In this document: in pieces, positions 52,141 to 64,000 of the stretch | Layout of the letters: every line of letters begins with the position of its first letter | How positions within the stretch are numbered: position 1 is the stretch's first letter | Assembly: GCF_964355755.1 (NCBI RefSeq) | Contig: NC_092670.1 | Coordinates: 30,306,388-30,370,387 of the forward strand | Source: Antedon mediterranea | Lineage: Eukaryota; Animalia; Echinodermata | Length of the DNA stretch: 64,000 nt | Direction of reading: 5' to 3' | Position numbers and translations under genes: made by a program | Notes under the pieces: generated by a model | The model's database searches: none | Told to the model about the DNA's origin: nothing | Seen by the model: the letters and a program-made list of their open reading frames with translations, nothing else

Positions 52141-52679
52141 ATTTTAAATCAATCAAGCATGAAATAAGGTACTTAAAATAGAGGGCAGTAGACTTTTATT
52201 TCACTAACTGTATAGTTATTATAAAAACTCAGGTTTCAATATTATATATCTAGCCAGCTATGTCCCAGGAGGACACATTCATTAATAAGCTGTTTCATAG
52301 CGGTAGCTTTAGTATCTAAGGCTGACAGTTTGTGAATTTGGAAACTCGACTATAATTTATAGGTAGCTGCTGGACCCAAAAAACGTCTGGGAGAAGAGAG
52401 TCTATATGAAAGCCTTTGCTGATAATACAGTATTATTGAGATGTAGACGGAAATCTGTAAAATCTTGTTTAATAAATAATAACTTCGTTTTTGCTGTCAA
52501 CCAGGCCGGTATTATAATAAGTCACTGTCAAATAATCAATCGATAATGGTCAAAACTTTATTTTGGCTCTGTCAACATAAAGGGAAGTATTTACAATGAC
52601 TTTCTTTTTTATGACTGTCAATCTAGGCCAATGTTAGTATAATTCAAAATGAAACTCCAACCTCTCTAATCAAAAGATT

Positions 52680-54080
52680 GAACTCGAAAACGGACCGTTT
52701 TTTTGAATTGGGTATGTTGAAACATTTCAATATTCATTTAAAAAAGTACATTAATTATGGTATTGATCAGTGGCTATAGAGGCGTAAAAACCCTCGGTCA
52801 ATATCATGTAAAATGCACTGTGGAAGGGTCATTATTAAGACTGCAAAATTGGGCTTATCAACAAATAAATACTTTCGTTCAAAATGTAAAATCAAGGCTG
52901 AAAAATTGGGCTTATCAACAACAAAATATTTTATTATTAGACGCGATAACATCAAGGATAATCAGTATAATTATTAATATAGCCACTGTTACTAGTTTTA
53001 TTCTACATGCTAAAGTAAATAAAAATCCACTAGAAAACAAGCAAGTCTGAATGTTATGCTTATTAGCCATTCTATGTTTGTTACTGTAGGCCTATGATTA
53101 TTTGCAATGTCCACATATTATTTCCGTGGGCATATCCATAGTGTATCACTCACAAAAAAGACGTGTGAGGTTCTTTCTTTAGATTTTGAAGAATGATTTG
53201 TGTTACAGTTCACACAAGAGTCAAATGCTCAAGATATCAGCTAACGCCATGGGACCCTTGGCTTATCAATGAATAATAAATACAGTACTACTTTCGTTCA
53301 ATTGAAATCGGAATCTGACCGTTTCATTAAATTGGGTGTGATTAGGCCTAAACATATAATAATTTATTAAAAAGGTACAATAAAAACAAATGCATCAGAG
53401 GCGTAAAGAACCCACGGTCAATATCATGTAAAATGTATATGGTATAAGCACTGTGGAAGGGGTCATTATTATTAAACTGGAAAATTCGGCTTATCAACAA
53501 ATAAATACTTTCATTTAAAATTTAAAATAAGAATGCAAAATTGGGCTTATCAACAAATAAATACTTTCGTTCAAAATGTAAAATAAGACTGCACAATTGG
53601 GCTTTATCAACAAATAAAATACTTTTTTTCAAAATGTAAAATTAGGACTGGAAAATTTGGCTTATAAACAAATAAATACTTTTTTTCAAAATGTAAAATT
53701 AAGACTGGAAAATTGGGCTTATAAACAAATAAATACTTCCGTTCAAAATGTAAGAAAACATTTTTTAAATATAATCCTTAAGCTTTGTCTATACTATCAA
53801 ACTAAATATGATTATGATGTGCCCATATTATATAGACATGACGATGTCATATCACTACGATATTCGGGCATATCACTACCATATTTGGGCACATCACACT
53901 TTTTTTGTTAAACTAGTTGGGACAGTGTAGACACAGAACTATGTGATCGAAACATAAGTCGGAATTGGACTGACGCGATTGATTTAATTGGGTATTTTTA
54001 TTAATGTAATGATTCATTAAAAACTATAATACCGATACGCGTTTGGTATTGATCAATGGTGCAAAAAACCCTGAGAAATA
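52680..54080. repeat. Degenerate ~55-bp tandem units within a ~640-bp duplicated block, flanked by inverted family R pieces
   Basis: aaaattgggcttatcaacaaataaatactttcgttcaaaatgtaaaa units at 52845-52925 and 53480-53750. Confidence 0.65.
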
Positions 54081-55502
54081 ATGTTATAACGCGATTTGGT
54101 GATAGCTTAGCAATAATACAACCCATATACTATTATTATAAATACCTATTACAAATCCATTCATATAACTTTTGATCGCGAACCGAAAATGTATAAATGT
54201 TATTCTACAGACAGTAATTATATATTCAAAAGCCATATTATTATTATTATCAATACCTAAATGCGATAGTAATAACCACATACATTATTCCCAATACAAG
54301 TTTGTGCGTTTAATTCTAGAAAGAAACGACTGTGCTGACAGGCCAATGACATAAATCACAAGTAAAGTCCCAATTGTTCACTTGCGTTTTGATTGGCCGA
54401 CCTATTATATTAGATTAATGAAGACTGTTCTTACAACTGCCCAGTCAAAAAGTTACGCGGCGTTTTTTGTAAGAAATATTTCTTGTTTAAGTTTTACAAT
54501 TTCAAAAATTCAACAACAAACAAAAAGTGACAATTTTCATTTCATCAATGCTTTAACATTCTAACCATTTATAGGCAAGTGACCTGTTTTTAATAAATGT
54601 TTACTGTTGGACAAATTTTTTATAAATGTGTATTATAATAATAATTTATTAAAAGCTACACTTTTGAAACAGGGCACTTCTTGAATAAATGTGCGTCCAG
54701 ATTAAGTAAAATAAAAGTTACAGAAAAGAAAAGATTTAACAATATATTTACAGGGGAAATATTTTTTTGTTAAAAAATAATATAAATTATGTACAAAATA
54801 TAAATTATGTACAAAATATTAAAAAATATAACATTAACAAAAGTAGTTAAAAAAAACCAATTTCTTGTTTCTCACCCCTCGTCTTTTTCCATGCACGTTT
54901 GGTGAAACCTTTACAGAATCTATCGAATGCAACTCACATATTCGTAGGATTCGATGGAAGACAAGTACAGTGAACCAAGAACATACATTAATTGTTGATT
55001 TATTGTTCCATTATTAAATTGGTTTCAAATTTCACATTGCATTCGATAGACTTTGCTCGAGCATTGTCAATTCCTCCATTCTAATATTCTGGGGCACAGG
55101 ACATGAGAGAGATGCGGCGCCTATAACTTGGATCTTAGAATTACATACATAGGGTAGCCTACATATACCGTCATTATTGCTTGAAGTACGTCTGTTTCGT
55201 TTAGATCGCAATTAAAAAAAAATATACTTGCGCTTTCGAAGTAACTATAATTAATATATGGCAGGGGGTTTCTTTAACAATTTATAGTCCTGAATTTGGT
55301 GAGTTAGTGTTGTCACCTTAAATTACACGAAACTGCCAATTAAACAATTTTTGTTAAAAAATAATATAAATTATTTATTATAAATGAATTTATAAATTCC
55401 CTATTATTAATTAACCATCATTGGATGGACGAGTGCGTCATATGGTTGAAACGCACGTGTGATAACGAGCTAGCTGCTGCTGCATCGCACGCAGAGTACT
55501 GC

Positions 55503-58455
55503 AATAGGGTTGGTGCAAATCTGTCCATAATAGGTTACTTTTCTGTCCATAATAGGGGACTTTCTGTCCATAATAGGGACTAGAGGGCGCTGTTGTTTGT
55601 CCATAATAGGTAACTTTCATAATTGGCTGTCCAAAATAGGTGACTTTTTGTCCACAATACTAGGGCCTAGGCCTATAGGCTAGTTTATTGGAGTAGTGCG
55701 CCATCCATTGTGTTGTCCATAATAGGTGATTTTGTTGGCGTACTCGTACATACGTAGTTTATTTCGCGAGTAGAATTAATAGTATTATTAGTTAATACTA
55801 ATTTGCTTTCTCTTCAGACTTCGAGGCTACCTAGGCCTAGCTAGTAGGAGGCCTAGGCCTAATTAGTATAATTATTTAAGTCTCTCTAGCCTCTAGGCCT
55901 AGCCTAGGCTAGTCCTGTTTTAGTTAGGCTACCTCAGTCAGGCCTAGGCCTAGTACTACTACTAGCTTAGCTGGAGTCCATTTGTTATTGTCCACTAATG
56001 AAATGTGAGCTTTTTTTTTTCTAAGCCTACCTTACAGCAGGGGAGGAATACAAATGAAATGGGCTCATATTAGGTAGATAGGTTTCCTACTACAAACAAC
56101 TAGGCCTAGGCCTATCCTCATTATCTGTTTTTTTATTATTTTATTTTTTTAATATGAATATTTTACATACTAGGGCCTAGGCCTACTCGTAACTATACTG
56201 CCTAACTGCAGGTCAGGTCTGGCGGACTAGTCATTATACAGTCTTTTACTAATACCACTGCCACCACCGCCCACTGCACTACTAGGCTATACTTTTTTTT
56301 AAAATTATATTTTGAATGAATGAGTCTTATCCAGACAGTTCGGACAGTTAGTAGGTTGGCAGTATAGTAGAGCCAGAGCTATTGTTACTGTATGTTATTA
56401 ATTATGTCATCTATTTAAATCTCAATTTTTCCCATATTTTTTGCATGTATCAAAGATTGTGTACAGTGTATCTTCTGATCAATGTTATAGTACAGTAGCA
56501 TGGACATTTCTATTAACTAGGGTAAGTAACAGATAGGCCCAACTTACAATTAAAGAATAATACTTTACATACAACCCACTAGGCCTACATCTTTTAGGAC
56601 ATTTTTCAATATGACCAAGATACTGTAAAATCAAAAGAAGAAGCCTATTTAGAAAAAGTATTTGTTTGCAAAAGTAATCTTCGGAAAAGAAGGATACAAT
56701 TTAGTCAAACATTTTCAGAGAGACAAACTGAATTTTATCAGTACCGTAGTAGAAAAACTGACAATACATGAAAATTTATTTTTAACATTCTGATTTGAAA
56801 TATTCTATTCATTTGAATTGCTAAGAAATTAAAAGTAGATATTTTTTTTTTTATTTCCATTCATTATAAACATTACAATCACAGTACAAAGAATAGATAA
56901 ATCCACTAACAAATTCATGCAGACAATATTTCAAAATTTAATTGAATGTTATATTATTAAAGCATTCATTCAATAAAGCATTTGTCTTTAAAACATTTAA
57001 TATCAGTTTTCATATAGTGAGTATGGTAATAATTGACTCTAACAACTGGTATAAACTTAAATTTAGTAAAACAATCCTACATATCTTTTTTTTAAATGCA
57101 ATAAAATATTTAAACATAACTGTTTCCCACCATACAACATGAAAATTTGTCTCAGCATTACTAAGATTGAAGTTTCTTGCATTATACAATACCTTTTTTT
57201 TTATTATAGGCATACAGGTGTTTGATATTCTGCTCATATACAGTATGCTGCTGAAATGAAAAAGTACATCACTTCAACATATTATTTTTGATCATAATCA
57301 TCGATCAATAATTATAGTAATAAACATAATCATTATGGTGCATTTTATTTATCCTTGCTATTTTTTAAATTGTAGTTTAACCATGTTTTTACACTTTTAA
57401 AAATAATATAATTCAGTATTTTTTAAATGTGATTTAGATTTTGAATAAACTGTTCTGAATACAGAACAAAGGTGTTGATTGTACACTGCGTGTATGTAAA
57501 CTTGATTTATTGTCGTATTTCTTATTAGTATTAAACATTAAAATTGATTCATTTAATTAAACAATATAATAAATGGATGAGATGTGCTGCTGTTGATCCA
57601 CTTTAGACTGGGATGGTTTGTCATTGAGCTATGTGGATCCAGAATTTTGAAATAGGGGAGGACCTAAAATGACGAAATGAAGTGCTGAACTGTGATGTCT
57701 TTTTCAATATTAAATTGATTTTCATTATTACTGTTAACAAAACAAAATAAGTCCAAAGAAAAAAAAATACAACAATACATTGAAACACCAATGCATTTAT
57801 AAAAATAACAGTTTACATTTCATTATCTTAAAAAAATAAAACTTTATCAATATTATTATTAGAGTATTATGGGGTATTTTTTATTTTTGTAAAAGAACGT
57901 GTGGGTTCGTTTGGTGATTTATTTAAACTTGCAATAGTATGGTAAGTTGTGTAATGTCTGTCCGTACTATCAAACCTAAAATGAAGTTCAAATTAAATTA
58001 TTTGTTGCTGAATAAATTTCACATTTCATTATTATTAGTGGACAATAACAAATGGACTAGGCCTAGGCTAGTAGGCCTATAGAGGTAGCCTAACTAACAG
58101 GACTAGCCTAGGCCTATAGGCAAGAGAGACTTAAATATTTATACTAATTAGGCCTCCTAGGTAGCCTCGAAGTCTGAACAGAAAGCAAATTAGTATTACT
58201 TCTACTCGCGAAATAAACTACGTACGTACGAGTACGCAAAAAAAAATCACCTATTATGGACAACACAATGGATGGCGCACTACTCCAATAAACTCGCCTA
58301 TTGTGGACAAAAAGTCACCTATTTTGGACAGCCAATTATGAAAGTCACCTATTATGGACAAACAACAGCGCCCTCTAGTCCCTATTATGGACAGAAAGTA
58401 ACCTATTATGGACAGAAAAGTAACCTATTATGGACAGATTTCACCAACCCCGCTC
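55503..58455. mobile_element. ~2.95-kb MULE-like foldback with ~450-500-bp TIRs
   Basis: gggttggtg..caccaaccc ends; TGTCCATAATAGG subrepeats; GAGTACTGC at 55494-55502 and 58456-58464 (9-bp TSD); no ORF. Confidence 0.82.
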
Positions 58456-58535
58456 GAGTACTGCGCACATTTTTTCGGGGAGAAATTGGTAAACTCCAGA
58501 GGGAGTGTTCTATCTGATCAGCGCGTAATGCAAAA

Positions 58536-61500
58536 ATGGCTCCGAAACAGAGAATACTGAAAGATAGATCGCGGTCCCAAAAAAGTGATGTTGTTGGAGG
58601 AAAAGGGCATAAAACAAAAGATAAATTTACCAAGTTAAATGGAAAAACATTTAAGAGCTCACATCTGCAAGATATGTTTAATGGAAAAATGGCGCTTGTA
58701 CTTTTTATCGGTGAGTAAATTAATTGTAGGCAACGTGTGTCGCTGTGTAACCCTGCTGTCTGTGTGGTGGTGTTTTTTGCTGGCTGGATTGTTTAACCGG
58801 AAATATATTATCCGGGAAGATGGGCTAGGCCTAGGCCTTATGCCTCTTTAGCCATTGCTATGTCTGTTATCTATTAAAAGGACTAGGCTAGGCCTTGGCC
58901 TGGTCTAGGAAAAAAACAATTTTGAAAGACAATATAGCCTAGGCCTACACCTAGCTAGGCCTAGCCAGGCCAGGCTAATTAATTGTACGCCGTTAATTGT
59001 AATAATAATAATAATTGTATTTGATATTAATTATTATTAACCTTACTTGGCAAATTGGTATAAATAGGTATAGCCTAGGTATCCTACATTGATAAATAAT
59101 ACAAGTAATAATATTATTTATTAATTATGCACTTTTTAATTGTATGATGCACTATATAGCCTAGAACCCTGAAAGAGGTCATGGGTAGGCTACATCTTTT
59201 ACAAAAAATTAGTAAAAAAAAACACCTGAACTCGATGTCAATGAACAATGCAATTCAACATTCAAATTCATTCCAGGATGACATAGCGACTCAAATAAGT
59301 CTGTCACTGTCATTCCTCATCCCTCATGACAACACATAATAATTTCATAACGTGTATAACATAACAATTTTACAATCAATAACAAATTTAACAATCAGTT
59401 GACGGCAGTAGTCAATAACAAGAATATACAAAGCATTCTTTAACAAAAATTACATTAATAATTAATATATGGCGTAATATCGTTGGGTGTTTGCTTGGGT
59501 TTTTAATGATGTTTTAGTTTTTACTTGAATGTAAAAAATGTTTTAAAGCAGATATATTTATATACAGTACTGCGATTTTTACAGGTGTGGTTCCATAACA
59601 TTGGGTCATGTACTGTAGGCCTACTTTGATGAAATGTTTACTAGAATAGTCTAGTAAACAGCACTCTTCTATAACAACAGTGTTGTCGGTTCCTTAAAGA
59701 ATAAAAGTATAAATAGTGTTTAAATTTGTAATGTCTATTATAAGCATACTATTATTTTGTTTGACAAGAATTGGGCAATTTCAAAGTGCACAAGACTATC
59801 ATTCCTTGTGCAATTTCAAAGTGGTGGCATAACACAGTATTAGGCCTACTCATCAAATCAATCTAAAACAAGTATTTTATTTCTTCACAGCATGTGTAGC
59901 TGGATTACTGAACAGGTAAAAATAATTATTTACTCTTCTTAAGTCTTACTATATTACTACAAGGCTAGCTATGCCTACAGTAGGCCAGTTTGCTGTTTAG
60001 TTTAATACTGTTTTACAGGGTATAATAACAATTAATCTTTCAAAACTGTTTTAAAATTTTTTTTAAAGGACAATTTACTATAAATCCTTCCAAAGCCAAT
60101 CATCAAATATTAGCTTTATAAGAAGTAAACTATGATATAATAGGCCTACATTAAAAATAATTTGATAACAATAAAAACTAAAAATGTTATTATTATTTAA
60201 TTTAAAAAAAGCCCCTCAGTGATTTTTGTTAAATTAAGTTGTTTATATGTCTTAAGCGAAATCATTATTTTTGTAAATTATTTTTAGTGTTAGAATAAGA
60301 GAATAGCTACAAAATAGCCTAGGTTATTTTACGTTTGATTTTTTCATTTTTATTTTTCATGTTTTTGAGTACAGTACATCTTTAATCAAACAAAGTGCAA
60401 ATCAATGCAGTGCACAGACTCAAAATAATTCCTAATAATGAATACCCTTACAAACACTTTCCTCTATTTGAATAATTATTCAATCATGCTATGACAAAAG
60501 AAAAAGAACAACCCTTTAAAGAATATGTAACTTAATACATTATTACCAGTAATAATGCCATGTAACAGATTGCAGTGTATATTGACACAGTACAGGTTTT
60601 TATTGAGAACCAATTTCCTCACAGCTCATCATAGCAACAGATGTTATATTATTATCTAAAATAAATGCTTTTAGAAATCTGGTTTATGTACAGTATTAAA
60701 GCAACATAGGTGTAAATTGCAATCTTACTACAAATCCTATATTATTACAGTATTCATATAGAGTAATAATAAACACACTTTTACAATATAATATATATAT
60801 ATATATACATACACTGATGAAGGGCTAGTGTTGCCCGAAAGTGAAAGCTTTTACTTTATCGTTTTGATTTAGCTTTTTTTTTTTGTATCTCCATTGAGAT
60901 CCAGCCACTGATACCCACAGCATTGTCATTTTTTCAGTAATTTGGATTTATAATATTCGTCGGCATGGTGAAACACTGGTAGTAGTACGTAAACTTATAA
61001 AGAAAGTTTGTAAACTTGCCATCAAAGATCTCCAATTTAATTACACTATGTCCTACCTTCTTTAACAAGTACTGAATTTCAGTTGTTTACCAGTTTAAAT
61101 GCCCTGGTTGCAACCGTGACTATATTGGTTTCTTACTAGAGTAAATGAACATTCTAAGTTTACCTATAGTGTCATTTTTAACCATATTAGTTTTAAAACT
61201 TCACAATTTGCCAGTTGAATTTAAAACATTAATTTATCCATACATAAAAATAACTGACAGCTCTAATAATTTATTACTCAAAAAGGCCTTAGCCATTAAC
61301 CACTACAAACCATCATTGAATTGTGGTTTAAGAGCTTCATAAGAGCTAAAATTGTTTATCTGACTTTTACTTGTGTGTCTGCTGCCTTTGTTTTGATTTT
61401 CTTTGTAACACCCTATATGGCTAATTGTTTATATCTCATTTACATGTTTATGCCATGTCATGGACTAATATAATAGGTCCATGCTTGCATAGCACTGAAG

Positions 61501-63952
61501 TTATAATTGTCTGCCTTTGTCTTTATTGTTCATTCCTGATGTTTATCAAAATAATAAAGATCAAAACGTTGAATCATGTTATTTGGAATGAGGTAGTTTT
61601 ATACTAGATTTTCTTTGAGGAGTTAGTTTATGTTTTTTTTTCTGATCTCATCATATTTCAACTTTTCAAAAAAAAAAAAAATTTTCATTGTTATTACAGT
61701 AAACAAAAATAGAAAGGATCATCATTAAATGTTTGAATTGTATCACATTCGTCAAGTAATCTGTGATGTATAAACAAGAAATTGACTTTTATTATTTAAA
61801 CAAAAACTAAAATCATTATGTTGCTACATCATAATGTATACTATTTAGAGGGAAAGATACCTTCGTTCGTTATACACATATGCTACTATCAAAATATAAA
61901 AAAAAAAACAGAATTGTTCTGTAATTTAACAACATTTCACTACAATTAACTAATTTCAAATACATTTATTAGAATATAATTAAAACAATGTGTAAAAAAT
62001 ATTAGTTTGATATCAGTGATTAGATCAATTATTGGTCTTATTGGACTGGTCTGATTCCCATTGGAAAGATTGAATTAAAGTTTAAGCTTTATTTACCTCC
62101 GCCAAGGAGGTATATGTAATCGGTCGCGTGTGTTTGTTTGTTTGTTAGCAGGATTACTCAAAATGTAATTACAAGATCTTTCCCAAAATAAAAATACAGA
62201 TTGATATGTGGTTAAGGACCACTCCATTAAATTTTGGAGGCAATCCAGACCATGGTCCTAATTCTGGACCACTTTTTAAAATTATTTTCAGACTTGCTAG
62301 TGTTAAAAGATAAGACAGAAATTTCAAAAGCCGGTGAGCAACAAGTAAACTAAAGTTGTATTGTCTCTAGAACTACTTGTCCAAAAAACTTCATTTGTGT
62401 ACAAGAGGAAAGAATTATATGTTGTGATTTGTAATTTTAAAACATAATTACATTTAATGTACAAGTTTTTTGTTGCGAGTAGTTTAAAAACCCTATTTCT
62501 TTTCAAATTCACACACAGCATTAAGACACACACAAATATATATTAAAGAACATTAATTCTAAACCGCCCGGTGATATACTGAAATTTAATTAATTAATTT
62601 GATATATATATATTTTTTCCCGAAGAAATCTTATATAGGAGAATTTTACATTAGGCGGAGGTATGCACTCTCGGAGTGGCTTTCTAGTTTTATTAAATAA
62701 TTATTTAATAATAATTAAAAAAAATAAATATATATGTTTGGGCAACAGTAATATTTATGAATAATCATTTTTATAATTTTATTTCAGTGCTCATGTTTCT
62801 TCTATGTTTGAAAATGATCGTTTCTTCTCGCATCTGTCAGACATGGAGAGAGAAATGACCTTCCGTACCGAAATGGTAATAGGATAAGTGGTTGGAATTA
62901 TTATTAATAAGGGATAAAGTTCAGATGTCTGTAGCAATTTGGGCAAGAGCCATACTTTAATTTAACCAGTTATGTATAAAAATAACCTCTGTTTTAAAAA
63001 AGGAATGCATAATAAATTTATATAAAATAATTTATAGAAAAATAACTTTAATAAAAGTGCAAAATGTCCTATTCAAACAAATTATGATTTTAATAATCTT
63101 CATTAGTCAAGATTATTGAGCACTGTCAGACATACAGTAGTGTACAGTATCATTGTACAGTCCTCACTCCTCTAACATATTATGTTAGGAGGAGTGAGTG
63201 ACAATACTATTTCATTTAATACAGGGTCTGTACTATTCATACTACAAGACAATCATAGAAGCACCATCATTCATGGATGGTATGTGGTTAGTTATGAAAG
63301 ACAATGTTACAGAATTTCCCAACACTATCAATGTTTTAAAACGATTCAACCTTTATCCAGAAGTAAGTCATGGAATATTTTTGAATTTTCAACTTTTATT
63401 AATGGAAAGATGTAATATTTAATAAACCTATTTACATAGAGTTTACAAGAAAAAAATGAAATAATAAAAGAAAAGACAATAACAAAGTGGTAGAATATTT
63501 GATTTATTTTGTTTGGTGGCATCTAGCTGGTTGTGTGGAGTTGTAGCTTAGTTGTTACTTAGATGCTCTGCTACTGATCCCATGCTACTCATAACAAAAA
63601 CTCCAAAAGTTATATGTAAGACATGTGTGCAGGTAGAGCATCTCTTATATGTTTCTGTTCTCATGTGAACAAGAAAACTATCTAATTAAAAATGTAGATA
63701 ATAAAGAAAAGAGTTTTTGTTTTTATGCTTGATTTTCTGGGCTTATGAAGTAACTACAGTTTTGATAATGGAAGTATTATTGAAGACAATTTGTATTAGA
63801 TAATCAAACTTTAATTATTATTTCTTTGCAGGTATTTTTAGGGATGGGATTCCGGTCGTTTGATAGCATCACAAAATGGATGGGTATCAAGACGAAACAG
63901 TGCTATAAGGTCAATCGAGGTCAAAATTTACCTCCAGTTGCAAACTGTGAAG
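58536..63952 (+). CDS. DPY19L1: Protein C-mannosyltransferase DPY19L1-like (5' part; continues beyond window)
   Basis: Exons 58536-58710, 59891-59915 (25-nt microexon), 62788-62875, 63225-63362, 63832-63952; [62 protein letters not shown]. Confidence 0.92.
60811..61575 (+). mobile_element. Penelope-like retroelement remnant(s): GIY-YIG fragment plus hammerhead-like motifs
   Basis: [16 protein letters not shown] (61082-61129); [28 protein letters not shown]; CTGATGA-gggc..gccc-GAAA at 60814-60840. Confidence 0.72.
62094..62688 (+). mobile_element. HINE family H1 copy 3 (DPY19L1 intron 2)
   Basis: Same termini (tacctccgccaaggagg..ggcggaggtatgcactctcggagtggctttctagt). Confidence 0.85.
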
Positions 63953-64000
63953 GTAAATATTTATGATGATGTTACAGTATTTTTAAAATTAGTGAAGTTT

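Overview
AT-rich, intron-rich animal genomic DNA (an invertebrate deuterostome such as an echinoderm is my guess, not shown). Four spliced protein-coding genes can be rebuilt with GT-AG introns and consistent phases: DNAJB6-like Hsp40 (-, 8 coding exons, 227 aa), the spliceosomal DEAD-box helicase DDX23/Prp28 (+, 14 exons, 793 aa), SPATA48/SPMIP7 (-, 7 coding exons, 439 aa) and the first 5 exons of a DPY19L1-type C-mannosyltransferase (+). Between and inside them lies a dense set of often nested mobile elements, many with readable target-site duplications (TSDs): MULE-type MITEs and foldbacks, a 6.3-kb EnSpm-like element carrying satellites, an IS3EU-like foldback, a decayed Academ, Harbinger MITEs, Helentron-type HINEs, a CR1-like LINE fragment, SINEs and a Penelope remnant. 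A decayed K/E-rich multi-exon pseudogene is also present. Most unusual: (i) TAGGCCTA/CTAG islands just downstream of every gene's 5' end, which appear as extra blocks relative to paralogous repeat copies; (ii) tiny CA..TG hairpins with 7-bp TSDs resembling P/Galileo excision footprints; (iii) inverted MULE copies bracketing DDX23 exons 2-3; (iv) a foldback with CTCF-like sites splitting the DPY19L1 promoter; (v) a five-copy SOX+GLI/RUNX-like composite motif cluster. All calls are by eye; no searches were run.
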